From: Lachnospira sp.
Lineage (GTDB): Bacteria > Bacillota > Clostridia > Lachnospirales > Lachnospiraceae
Direction: 5' to 3'
Assembly: GCA_017621205.1 (NCBI GenBank)
Contig: JAGATQ010000051.1
Location: forward strand, 1-64,000
DNA length: 64,000 bases
The notes below the pieces were generated by a model. That model saw only the letters and a program-made list of their open reading frames with translations. It did no database searches and was not told the DNA's origin. Shown in pieces: positions 48,627 to 57,934 of this stretch (within the stretch, counting starts at the first letter, position 1; each line of letters opens with the position of its first letter). The translations under genes and the position numbers were made by a program.

Positions 48627-50979
48627 GAGGAGGGATTTTATGGAGGAAAGTATAAAAATGCTACTGAATATGAGCCTTGCGGCAAGCTTTGTCATACTTA
48701 TTGTTGTGTTGGTGCGCAGACTTTTTGCATATATGGGAGTGCCGAAAAAATATGCGTATTTGCTATGGCTGCTTCCGTTTATCCGTATGGTCAGTCCATG
48801 GTCCTTAGAGAGTAATATGAGTTTACTGCCGGATATGACGCAGATAGTGGAATATGCCGCCCAGGAGGATGCGGTATCAGGTGCGAAATTGGACATGGGA
48901 AATGGAGTATCGGGGACAGTGCCGGATTTGAGAAATGGAGTATCCGATACACCGTCCAATGGAAAGAGTCCGGAATCTGATACAAAATATTATGGTAATA
49001 AAGATGATTTATCAAATCAGGGGTATATATGGAATAATGATACATCCGATGTGCAGAAGGAAAGTATATCATCGAAGAAGGTCTTAAATAAAGCAAAGGA
49101 TAGAAACAGCAGTATATGGTTGTGGGCGCTGGGAATTTGGATGACGGGCATTGCAGCAATTGTTTTTTACAGCACTGTCAATTATATAAAGTTAAAAAAA
49201 CGACTGGATGCATCCTTTCTTTTAAGAGACAATATCTATCTCCATGATGATATAGATACGGCGTTTGTGGCAGGGTATATCAGTCCTTGTATTTACCTGC
49301 CTTCCGGTCTTTCCGAGAGGAATATGGAGTATATTATTTCTCATGAGCAGGTACATATTGCGAGAAGGGATTATCAGATTAAGATGCTGGCATTTGCAGC
49401 CACAGCAATACACTGGTTTAATCCCATTTGCTGGCTGGCTTTCGTACTTTTAGGAAAGGATATAGAAATGTCCTGTGACGAAGCGGTTATTGATAAAATG
49501 GGCACAGAGGATAAAAAAGCGTATGCGAATGTGTTGCTTCATATGGCAGCAGGGAAAAGGCGGTTTGCGGATATACAGCTTATGTTTGCAGAAGGAAATA
49601 TAAGAGAAAGGATTGAGAATATTATGAAAAGTAAAAAACCAATGTTGACAGTGTCTGTACTGGCGCTGCTGGTTATTGGGTTATTGGCATGGACGCTTTT
49701 GACCAATCCCGGAACAAAAGGAAAACAGCCCGGTACGACAAGGGAAGAAACGGCACAAGGTACAGAAGCGTACAATACAAGTACAGAATCCAATAATACA
49801 GGTGCAGAGGGTAATGGTGCAGAATCTGATAATAAGCGATTTGATGTGAAACCGGCTTCTTTGACCGCAGTAAATCCCGATGATTTGCCTTACGGTGAAG
49901 TGCAGATAACAGCACCAATGGTGACTGATTGGGGGGCGGATTGTGTGAACCTGATTCACGCAACTCCGGCATACGCCGTAGGTTGGGGTAATATGGGATT
50001 ATTTGTGTATTCCGTACAAAAGAAAAAGCTCACCGGTGCTGTGGATGTGAGGGCAATCGGCTGTGACGCAACGCAGGGGGACAGTTATACGGATGTATTT
50101 GTAGGCGATTTGGATAGAGTTGTATATATGCATCCCATAGATAAGGATTATATGTTTGTTTATGATATACTTGAAAACACATTGGAAAAACAAAAATTTG
50201 AAGACGGGGGTAACAAAAGACCCAAAGGAGTGAAGGCAGACGATAACAGGCAGGAGACGGTGGATATTTTGAATGGGCAGGTACCAGATGGATGGATGAG
50301 CACTCAATGTGAGATTTATATGCTTGAGCCGGATGAGCCGGATCAAAAGAAACGTCTTGGCTATCTTGCCAGTGGCAGTGGTGAAATCAGTGATTTATCC
50401 TATGTAATTATTGAATGGAATCAGGCTGAAAAAGCATGGGGACCTTCCGATAACGGCATATGGTCACCTTATATGGAAGAAAGGTATCCTTTCTTTAAGG
50501 GAGAATCGGACAGATTAGTATGGCATCGGACAGATTTTGAAAACCTCACATGGGAAAATGAAGCGTATTTTCTAAAGGCGGACGATATCTCTGCAAAGGG
50601 TTTGACATTGGGACTTTGTAACCAATCCAATGCAGATATAACTTATAATGAAGAATACCATTTGTATGTCCGTACAGCATTTTCCGATGAGTGGAAGGAG
50701 CTTCCGCATTTGCAGGAAAGCGATTTTCATGAAGAAAAATACACATTAGAAGAAGGGGCAACGGTGAACATCTCTATTGACTGGACATGGCTATATGGAA
50801 AACTTACCGATATTGATTGGGCACAGCTATATGGAGAACCTACTTCAGAAATTAAAGCAGAAGAATATAAACTGGTGAAAAAGATATTTGTGCCTAAATC
50901 TGAAGATGATAAGGAAGAGGGAAATTCTTCAAAATATAAGGAGGAGGAGCTGACTATTAAGTTTACTTCGCCTCAATAA
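48610..50979 (+). CDS. BlaR1/MecR1-like M56 signal-transducing metalloprotease with a large non-PBP extracellular C-terminal domain.
   Basis: N-terminal transmembrane bundle plus HExxH (SHEQVH) zinc motif and a downstream E, typical of M56. A following transmembrane segment. Then a roughly 430-aa extracellular region lacking SxxK/KTG motifs. The gene overlaps blaI-like by 17 nt. Confidence 0.75.
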   Translation: MRIQNERRDFMEESIKMLLNMSLAASFVILIVVLVRRLFAYMGVPKKYAYLLWLLPFIRMVSPWSLESNMSLLPDMTQIVEYAAQEDAVSGAKLDMGNGVSGTVPDLRNGVSDTPSNGKSPESDTKYYGNKDDLSNQGYIWNNDTSDVQKESISSKKVLNKAKDRNSSIWLWALGIWMTGIAAIVFYSTVNYIKLKKRLDASFLLRDNIYLHDDIDTAFVAGYISPCIYLPSGLSERNMEYIISHEQVHIARRDYQIKMLAFAATAIHWFNPICWLAFVLLGKDIEMSCDEAVIDKMGTEDKKAYANVLLHMAAGKRRFADIQLMFAEGNIRERIENIMKSKKPMLTVSVLALLVIGLLAWTLLTNPGTKGKQPGTTREETAQGTEAYNTSTESNNTGAEGNGAESDNKRFDVKPASLTAVNPDDLPYGEVQITAPMVTDWGADCVNLIHATPAYAVGWGNMGLFVYSVQKKKLTGAVDVRAIGCDATQGDSYTDVFVGDLDRVVYMHPIDKDYMFVYDILENTLEKQKFEDGGNKRPKGVKADDNRQETVDILNGQVPDGWMSTQCEIYMLEPDEPDQKKRLGYLASGSGEISDLSYVIIEWNQAEKAWGPSDNGIWSPYMEERYPFFKGESDRLVWHRTDFENLTWENEAYFLKADDISAKGLTLGLCNQSNADITYNEEYHLYVRTAFSDEWKELPHLQESDFHEEKYTLEEGATVNISIDWTWLYGKLTDIDWAQLYGEPTSEIKAEEYKLVKKIFVPKSEDDKEEGNSSKYKEEELTIKFTSPQ

Positions 50980-51070
50980 CATTCATAGCGGATTTTATGA
51001 TGGAAACCTTTCATGCGGTTACAGAGTTCTGTAGCCGTGGTCCATACAAAAGGCTACTTTTCCAAAAAGT

Positions 51071-51127
51071 GTTGCCACCCCCTCCCAAGCTGATACTTAT
51101 CATATCAGCTTGGGAGGGGGTGGCAAC
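51071..51127 (-). terminator. Strong intrinsic terminator hairpin (25-bp GC-rich stem) between convergent genes.
   Basis: gttgccaccccctcccaagctgata...tatcagcttgggagggggtggcaac. On the minus strand the stem is followed by acTTTTTTgg. Confidence 0.5.
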
Positions 51128-51166
51128 TACCCTACGCTAGAGGGTTACCTTTCATAACAACCATTT

Positions 51167-51676
51167 TTAACATTTATAAATATATCTAACTTCCTGTAAT
51201 TCTTTTCCTCCGATATTATCATCTAAATAATCATCTGTCCTCAAAAATCCGAATCGCTCATAAAAATATCTTGCTCTAATGTTATCTCTAAGTACCCATA
51301 AAAAAATATTTTTATATCCCAACTTTTCCAATTCCCAAATAGTGGCTTGCAACAAAACTTTCCCATAACCTTGTCCAACATAATCAGGCAACAAATATAT
51401 TGATATAATTTCTCCCCAATCGCTAAATTTTTCAAACCTGGATTTACCAAAGCTACTCGTTCCAATGAAACTGTTATCGTCAATGCAAATCAATGTTTTC
51501 CTATCAGGATTATCCAAATTGGATACCCACTTTCTCTCTGGAATTGAATTAAGATAGTCTTGTGGAATGATACCAGCATAAGCATATTTCCAACTTTCCT
51601 CATATATCCTGCTTATTGCTATTCTATTGTCAGTTGGTTCCATATAGCGAATTTCCATGATACACACCTCCGGCAA
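51167..51676 (-). CDS. GNAT-family N-acetyltransferase.
   Basis: Motif A region VGQGYGKVLLQATI, and size. Confidence 0.8.
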   Translation of the reverse strand: MPEVCIMEIRYMEPTDNRIAISRIYEESWKYAYAGIIPQDYLNSIPERKWVSNLDNPDRKTLICIDDNSFIGTSSFGKSRFEKFSDWGEIISIYLLPDYVGQGYGKVLLQATIWELEKLGYKNIFLWVLRDNIRARYFYERFGFLRTDDYLDDNIGGKELQEVRYIYKC

Positions 51677-51716
51677 TTATTTTTTAGTTTGATTATATAC
51701 TTATGTCCGTCAAACA

Positions 51717-52184
51717 TTATTGATTGTACCATTTCATAAAATGATACTTTGAAACCTCATCCACAAAACCGACAGATTGATATAAACGGTATCCATCCTC
51801 TGTAGATTTCAGCTCCACAACACTTAGATTTTTTTCCACTGCATCTGACAGAATTTTGTTCATAATCCCCTTTGCATACCCTTTATGCCGATACTGTGGT
51901 TTGGTATAAACATTCAAAACTGTTCCCGTTTTTCCAGTTATAAATGCCGGACTCATTGGTTTTTCAACTACCAGCAAAAAAGCACAGGCAGCAACTTCTT
52001 CTCCCTCTCTTATCAAATAACAAAAGATATTTTGATTAAGGTTCTTTTTAAAATAATCTGGCAAATCTCGTCCGATTATCTCCATATCACCCTTACTTAA
52101 TTTACCATAATCCTCTTTCAAATATGCTAATCTTAATTCTGTCAATAAAGCAACATCTTCAATATTTGCGTTTTCAACTATCAT
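51717..52184 (-). CDS. GNAT-family N-acetyltransferase.
   Basis: RHKGYAKGIMNKIL acetyl-CoA-binding motif. Length 155 aa. Confidence 0.8.
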   Translation of the reverse strand: MIVENANIEDVALLTELRLAYLKEDYGKLSKGDMEIIGRDLPDYFKKNLNQNIFCYLIREGEEVAACAFLLVVEKPMSPAFITGKTGTVLNVYTKPQYRHKGYAKGIMNKILSDAVEKNLSVVELKSTEDGYRLYQSVGFVDEVSKYHFMKWYNQ

Positions 52185-52210
52185 GGGAAACCTCCTTTAT
52201 CCAACATTTG

Positions 52211-52576
52211 CTAACGGGTTAACAAAGCCAATTTCCTGCCACACATCACTCCTAAAATACAACAAATCACACTTAGTGCAATATAAAGCCCTCCCTGTAC
52301 ATATAATTTATTTTCAAATAGTCCATAAGCTTCCAAGGAAAAAGTGGAGAATGTAGTAAATCCACCACAAACACCCGTCTTCCAAAACAAAATAGCATTT
52401 TGTGATACATCCTCTTTCCCGCTGACAATACCCATTATAAATCCAATCAATACAGCACCTAATATATTGGTAAAAAGTGTTAAAACCGGAAATGCAGTTT
52501 TGGACGGGAGCAAACTTATTGCATATCTTCCCATTGCACCTGCTGCACCGCCGAGAGCTACCCATAAAAATCCCAT
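52211..52576 (-). CDS. crcB: Fluoride ion channel CrcB/Fluc.
   Basis: GGAAGAMGRY and GFTTFSTFS motifs. Four transmembrane segments. Length 121 aa. Confidence 0.85.
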   Translation of the reverse strand: MGFLWVALGGAAGAMGRYAISLLPSKTAFPVLTLFTNILGAVLIGFIMGIVSGKEDVSQNAILFWKTGVCGGFTTFSTFSLEAYGLFENKLYVQGGLYIALSVICCILGVMCGRKLALLTR

Positions 52577-52724
52577 TCCTTATTCCTTCCTATTTTTTAT
52601 TTTCAATCATCATACCACAATCATTCACGCCAAACAAGATTTCAACACCGTTATCATATTTTAGTATTCACTTAACAACCTGTAGTTGTCAATTATAACA
52701 ACTATAACACCGCTCCAAACAAAC

Positions 52725-53145
52725 AACCGATAGCGGATTAGAACTGGAATTATTACAGAAATATCTCTTTATACCTCTTGACATTTTCCAGAAGAACCAT
52801 CAAAATAAACCTATCAGAAACAAACTGGATGCATGGCTTACATTCTTCTGCATGGATGAACCAGAGACGATTATCCGATTGATTACAGAATATCCGGAAT
52901 TCAAACCAATGTATGAAGAAATCTATGAGTTATGTCAGAATACGGAGAAGGTGATGGGTATGTTTTCAAAGGAATTGCTGGAACTTGACCGCAATACGGT
53001 ACAGTATATGATTGATGTAATGCAGGATAAGATTGACGAAAAAGATGCCGCCCTGCAAAAGAAGGATATTGCATTACAGGAAAAGGAAGCTGAATTACAA
53101 GCACTTAGAAAGCAGCTTGCAGAATTAAAGAACGAAACAGCCTAA
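52725..53145 (+). pseudogene. Probable gene remnant encoding a C-terminal coiled-coil segment. The in-frame ORF extends upstream of the annotated Met without a start codon.
   Basis: The reading frame is open from about 52725 (...GLELELLQKYLFIPLDIFQKNHQNKPIRNKLDAWLTFFCMDEPETII...) with no upstream ATG or RBS. It ends in an A/L/Q/K coiled-coil. Confidence 0.3.
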
Positions 53146-53268
53146 GAACAATATATTTTCAATCCAAAAACAAATGGCATCCTTCGCAACACTTTTCCAT
53201 AGTTATGAAGAATGCCATTTTGTCATTGCCAAAACTTCTCTTTACATCTATATGAACTTACTCCCCTG

Positions 53269-54402
53269 TTACCTCTTAATCAGCTTCTTATACGCTGCTG
53301 CCTTTGCCTTTGGCACACTGATTTTCGCCTTTTTTGAATATTCAAAGACATCCGATTCCACTGTTTTTAACTGTGTCCCCTTAATGACTACACTGGTGAG
53401 CTTATCACAGTAGGCAAATGCACCCGAACCAATCGTTTTCACATTGCTGCCAACCGTAACCTTGCGAAGCTTTTTAGAAGAGAAAAACGCATAGTCCTGA
53501 ATCTCTACAACCTTATAAGAAATCTCATTTACCTTAATCACATCCGGTATCGTAAAACTTACCGGAGAGCTATCCTTTGCCCCTAAAAACATACAGGTTC
53601 CCTTGGTCTTATGCGATTTGATAATCCTATACTTCCCCTTTTTATAAGTTATCTCCTCATCCTCTAACAGCGTCCCATCTGCATAGCGATAAGAAAGCTT
53701 ACTCCTTTTGACATAAGCTAATGCCTTAGAAGCTTTCGCCACCACAATTTCCAGCTTGTCCGACGTATCATAAAAGGCGTTTTTGCCAATTGATTTCAGT
53801 GTCTTGCTGGTAACAACACTAGTAAGCTGTGTACATCCCATAAAAGCATACGCTCCAATGGAGGTAGTCTTCTTCAAATCCATATCCACCAAAGAACTAC
53901 AGCCCCGGAAAGCATATTTGCCAATTCTTTGAAGCCCTCTGCCAGTACTCACATCCAACAACCCTGCACAATTATAAAAAGCAGCATTGCCAAGCTCCCT
54001 AATCACACCAGAAACCGTAACATTGGTAAGCCCTGCACAATCTGAAAAAGCATACGCTCCAATTGCTACCGATTTTGAGAGAATATTGATATTGCCCATT
54101 GCTGAACATCCGGCAAAAGCATAGCTTCCGATTGTCTCCACACTTACAGGTAGAAAAACACTTGTCAGCTCCGCCTTACCACGAAATGCATTGGCAGCAA
54201 TTGCAGTTACCGGCTTATTATCAATCCTATCCGGAACAATTATATCCGTTGCATCTCCACTGCATCCGGTTATGGTAACTGTCCCTCCAATGGTTATGTA
54301 GGTAAAATCCGTTTCCTCAGCAGACACTCTATGAACTGTTCCTAACACTAAGGAACATAGTAGTATCGACAGCACACAGAAACTTAATCTCTTCATATTC
54401 AT
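53269..54402 (-). CDS. Leucine-rich-repeat (BspA-like) secreted/surface protein.
   Basis: Signal peptide. Tandem roughly 23-aa repeats of the pattern L..I G..AF..C..L..V.IP. Confidence 0.7.
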   Translation of the reverse strand: MNMKRLSFCVLSILLCSLVLGTVHRVSAEETDFTYITIGGTVTITGCSGDATDIIVPDRIDNKPVTAIAANAFRGKAELTSVFLPVSVETIGSYAFAGCSAMGNINILSKSVAIGAYAFSDCAGLTNVTVSGVIRELGNAAFYNCAGLLDVSTGRGLQRIGKYAFRGCSSLVDMDLKKTTSIGAYAFMGCTQLTSVVTSKTLKSIGKNAFYDTSDKLEIVVAKASKALAYVKRSKLSYRYADGTLLEDEEITYKKGKYRIIKSHKTKGTCMFLGAKDSSPVSFTIPDVIKVNEISYKVVEIQDYAFFSSKKLRKVTVGSNVKTIGSGAFAYCDKLTSVVIKGTQLKTVESDVFEYSKKAKISVPKAKAAAYKKLIKR

Positions 54403-54626
54403 ATTCGCTCCTCTCCTTGTTGAACATAAAAGGTAATTGCCTATCCTTCATTAAACATCATTGTATCACAACAATGTTTCAAAATCTTATCCGTTTTCTT
54501 ACGATTTTCTTAAAACAGCTTTGATGTATAAATTTTTCAACACAGGAAAATATATACATGTAACCATTCATAGAATTCAAAACGAATGAACTAAAGCAAT
54601 TGCGAAATGTATGGAAAGGAGTTATC

Positions 54627-55088
54627 ATGATTTTAACAGAAAAAGAAACCATTTTACTTAAGGATACCCAGACACAGGAACAGCTTTGTGTGCAAAAATA
54701 TACGAAGGCTGCTGCCAAGGCAAAAGACCCCCAGCTCAAAGCACTATTTGAAGAAATTTCAGAAGATGAACAGGAGCATGTAAAAACCGTCACCAAGATA
54801 TTAAATGGCGTTATTCCTGTTGTCCCAAGTAATACGGATAAGACAAAATCCAAGGAATCGTTTACTGCCTATTATGACGACAATGCGGACGCAACAGCAA
54901 AACAAGAAGATACTTATCTGTGCAATGACTGCATTGATATTGAAAAATATGTGGCAGGAGTTTATAATAACAACATTTTCTCGTGTCAGGACCGCCAAGT
55001 CTGCGAAAACCTAAATCATATCCAAAAGGAAGAACAGCAGCACGGAGCATCCATTCTCAATTACATGAGTGTCAATGGGATGTTATAA
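54627..55088 (+). CDS. Spore coat protein F-like (ferritin-like 'coat F' domain) protein.
   Basis: MILTEKETILLKD...QEQLCVQKYTKAA...DEQEHVKTV, then a second half with ...YLCNDCID...CQDRQVCENLNHIQKEEQQH. The start is reassigned to the ATG with RBS GGAAAGGAG. Confidence 0.5.
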   Translation: MILTEKETILLKDTQTQEQLCVQKYTKAAAKAKDPQLKALFEEISEDEQEHVKTVTKILNGVIPVVPSNTDKTKSKESFTAYYDDNADATAKQEDTYLCNDCIDIEKYVAGVYNNNIFSCQDRQVCENLNHIQKEEQQHGASILNYMSVNGML

Positions 55089-55623
55089 CCAGTTCCCGAA
55101 AAAGCTGTAAAAATTCAGCTTCCACCTTTTTGAAATCTTGAAAGTAAAAGTTCGGCTGGCTCTTCATTGGAGCTGCCGGCTTTTTTAATTGTTCGCCCAT
55201 ATAATGATAAAATTCATAATAAAGAAGTGTATCATCCACATCGCAAATAAGACTCCACTCCTCTTTTGTGACATCACTGCCCAAAAAGTGGATGAAAATT
55301 TCGGACAACAGCCGATTTTCATCCTCAATAAACTGAGGCATATCCTTTTTTACCGGGCGGGTCACATCAGAAAGATAACTTTCCGCCGCATCGTGGAGCA
55401 GACACGCTAAAATAAGACGTTTACTGTATCCCCTCGCCTCTGCTTCCCTTGCACACGCAATACTGTGCTGTCCCACCGAGTAAAATTCAGGAAAATGTCC
55501 ATTGGCACGGCAAAGCAGGGAGAGTGAATGAGCAATATCCTCAATTGCAATCTGTTCCCTATCCGGCTGCAAAGGGAAAAAATGTATCTTACTATAGGTT
55601 GTAATATAATCTGCCATAGTCAT
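55072..55623 (-). CDS. HD-domain phosphohydrolase (YfbR-like).
   Basis: H...HD...D motifs: LSLLCRANGHFPE..., LLHDAAESYLSDV. Confidence 0.7.
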   Translation of the reverse strand: MTMADYITTYSKIHFFPLQPDREQIAIEDIAHSLSLLCRANGHFPEFYSVGQHSIACAREAEARGYSKRLILACLLHDAAESYLSDVTRPVKKDMPQFIEDENRLLSEIFIHFLGSDVTKEEWSLICDVDDTLLYYEFYHYMGEQLKKPAAPMKSQPNFYFQDFKKVEAEFLQLFRELVITSH

Positions 55624-55632
55624 CCACCCTTC

Positions 55633-56514
55633 CTATCTTTCCCGTTTCTCTTTTATCAATGAAGAGATATCGTTAATTTCTTCCTCAGACAAATGGGTAT
55701 ATTCGCTTAGTTCTGAAATGCTTGGCACACGCAAAAGCTCCTTTGCCAGCGCTTCCCTGGCATCCTGTAACAGGCGGGCACGCCCGAGTACCATCTGCTC
55801 CCAATTATCATCCTCCAAGGTTTGGTTAATATAATTTTCCATGGATTTTTTTATCTCATTTTCAATATATTTTTTTATATTCTTTTGCTCTCCCTTGCCC
55901 TTTAGCTTCTTCACCGCCAGAAGAAGTCCCATATTGCCCTCCTGCACTACATCCTCCATGTTAACCTTTAGCAGCACATAACGTTTAGCAATAGCTACGA
56001 CCCGATGCAAATAATTGTGAAGTACTACATCCGCTGCATCATCCTCACCTGCCAGTAACCGCTCATAATAGGGAAAAAGCTCCTCTTGTTTTAACCTCTT
56101 AATGCTACGAATATCCTTTAAATACATTTTGACATAAGGTGCATTTAAAAATGCCTTCTCTGCTTCCTTCTGTTTTTGTTCAGACTGCCTAAGCTCCTGA
56201 ACTACCGGTGATAATTCCGCTTCCTGAACGCTCTCCTCATCACTTGCCACCTTATTGTGCATCCTTTTATCGGCTTCTGTCTTATTATGTGTCCCTTTAT
56301 CACCTGCTTCCTTCAGGGTCCCCTCTGCTATAACAGCATCCTGTCCCCGCTGTCCCTTCAACAGATATTGATAAACCAGCTCCTCTTGTTCCGCATTCAA
56401 TTCCATATCTTTAAAATAAACCTTTAGCTCCTCTCGGCTGACAGGCTTTCCACTAGTCCCTACAAGCTCCATTACCTCATGCAACACTTCCATAAACGAT
56501 GTCTTATCTAACAT
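55633..56514 (-). CDS. Sigma-70-family protein comprising regions 1.1, 1.2, 2 and 3.0/3.1 only. No region 4.
   Basis: YVKMYLKDIRSIKRLKQEE (region 1.2), LHRVVAIAKRY (region 2.1), DVVQEGNMGLLLAVKKL (region 2.2), LLRVPSISELSEYTHLSEEEINDI (region 3.1). A stop follows, with an HD-domain gene 10 nt downstream. Confidence 0.6.
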   Translation of the reverse strand: MLDKTSFMEVLHEVMELVGTSGKPVSREELKVYFKDMELNAEQEELVYQYLLKGQRGQDAVIAEGTLKEAGDKGTHNKTEADKRMHNKVASDEESVQEAELSPVVQELRQSEQKQKEAEKAFLNAPYVKMYLKDIRSIKRLKQEELFPYYERLLAGEDDAADVVLHNYLHRVVAIAKRYVLLKVNMEDVVQEGNMGLLLAVKKLKGKGEQKNIKKYIENEIKKSMENYINQTLEDDNWEQMVLGRARLLQDAREALAKELLRVPSISELSEYTHLSEEEINDISSLIKEKRER

Positions 56515-56529
56515 ATAACCACTCCTTAC

Positions 56530-57708
56530 CTATTTTTCATAAATCTTTATGGGAGATGTCCCCTCACCATTAAAATACTCATATACCACCCGTGACACTT
56601 CCCATATATGGGGAATCGCCACCTTATCCTCCATTGACATAATAACAAGAACATAATCTGCTCCATCGGAACATACAATGGCAGCATCATGCTCTGCCTT
56701 CTGTGCCTCTCCAGTCTTATGTGCACATACCGTCCCCTCAGGCAAAGCCCTCGAAATCTTATCATTTTTCTGCTGCCCCTTAAGAAGCTTTAACATACTC
56801 CTGCTCGCCTTCTGGCTTACCAGACATTCCCGGTAAATATCCTCCAGAACATGTCCACAATCCTCCACCGAAGTCGATGACTGGCATAACCATTGGTCCT
56901 TAAATTTAGATGGACGGAGTGTACCACTAGCTACCGTCATAGTATATCCCTGCTTCTGGCAAAACTCATTTAACAGCCTTGTCCCCTGTAACAGATTGCC
57001 ATTTCCGTGAATCGTCAGCAGTTGATTATAGGCATCATTATTGCTTACTGTTATCATACTGTTAAGCAGAGAATCGAGCTTTTCGCTTTCCTCAAGCTCC
57101 CCCTGTTCCATCCGGTCAAATGCATATACCATATTATAAAGCTTTATCAGACTTGCCGGCTTTATCTCCTGGTTATTGATGCTAACATACTCATTGGTAT
57201 CAAGATTCTTTACATAGATGGACCATGTACCAGCATAGCCCTCAAGCTTAGGCAAAAGCGTCTCCTCCAAATCCGATAATCCCCGCTTTCCCCGCCCATA
57301 AAGCTCCTCTTTCGGTATCAGAATCCCTTGCTTGTCCACAAATAGATTCTTGTCAACGGACTGATTCGTAACAAGAAAACCCGCTTTATCAAAATAATAA
57401 CACTCTCCGTCAATAGTATGCCAGCCCGTTACCCTCTTACCTTTCTCATAATAACAGCGTTTCCCGGAACGGATATTCCATCCGGCAGAAGCATGGTGCA
57501 AGACAGCCGGCTTTGGTTGCTCCTCTGTCATATCCGCACCTTTCCCCAGCTCCCCTAATTCTATTTCTTTTTGAAAAAATGGCAAGCTAAGCCGTTCCCC
57601 CATATAGAGATAACAAAACAAGCCTGCTGCAATCAAACAAAGAATTAGTAATAACAAATATACTATTATCCGTACCGGACTATTTCCCCGATGCCCATTA
57701 TTCTTCAT
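56530..57708 (-). CDS. Membrane-anchored protein with cell-wall-binding repeats and a class-A beta-lactamase-like / PBP-like serine hydrolase domain.
   Basis: N-terminal transmembrane segment. GW/YY-type repeats (GWNIRSGKRCYY, GWHTIDGECYYFDKAG). SxxK (ASLIK), S-N-N (VSNNDAYN) and KTG (HKTGEA) motifs. Confidence 0.65.
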   Translation of the reverse strand: MKNNGHRGNSPVRIIVYLLLLILCLIAAGLFCYLYMGERLSLPFFQKEIELGELGKGADMTEEQPKPAVLHHASAGWNIRSGKRCYYEKGKRVTGWHTIDGECYYFDKAGFLVTNQSVDKNLFVDKQGILIPKEELYGRGKRGLSDLEETLLPKLEGYAGTWSIYVKNLDTNEYVSINNQEIKPASLIKLYNMVYAFDRMEQGELEESEKLDSLLNSMITVSNNDAYNQLLTIHGNGNLLQGTRLLNEFCQKQGYTMTVASGTLRPSKFKDQWLCQSSTSVEDCGHVLEDIYRECLVSQKASRSMLKLLKGQQKNDKISRALPEGTVCAHKTGEAQKAEHDAAIVCSDGADYVLVIMSMEDKVAIPHIWEVSRVVYEYFNGEGTSPIKIYEK

Positions 57709-57747
57709 AAAACATGCTATCCTCCCAAAATTACGCTTAACCAGGTA

Positions 57748-57887
57748 ATTGCGAAACCTGTAGTTATTAATCAGATAGTCAGAATACTATATAAATTCGT
57801 GCCTTTGTACCGACCGCAGGGAGGACAACGAAACGAATTTATATAGTATTCTGACTATCGTATCAGCAATGCATCATTTCGCAAATA
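57748..57887. repeat. Long palindromic intergenic repeat, copy A. Perfect 27-bp stem plus outer TTGCGAAA/TTTCGCAA arms.
   Basis: gatagtcagaatactatataaattcgt [32-nt loop] acgaatttatatagtattctgactatc, flanked by attgcgaaa ... tttcgcaaat. Confidence 0.55.
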
Positions 57888-57934
57888 CCTATGATACTTA
57901 ACAATACCCGATAGTTTCCTACCGGGCATCATTC

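Noticed and set aside
52577-52750. Fluoride riboswitch (crcB motif) upstream of crcB
   Set aside because: I scanned the minus-strand leader for the conserved GGnGAUGG...UCnCC...AACCGCC...CUGAUGA core and found no convincing match. crcB may instead be transcribed from another promoter or regulated differently. A covariance-model search should confirm this.
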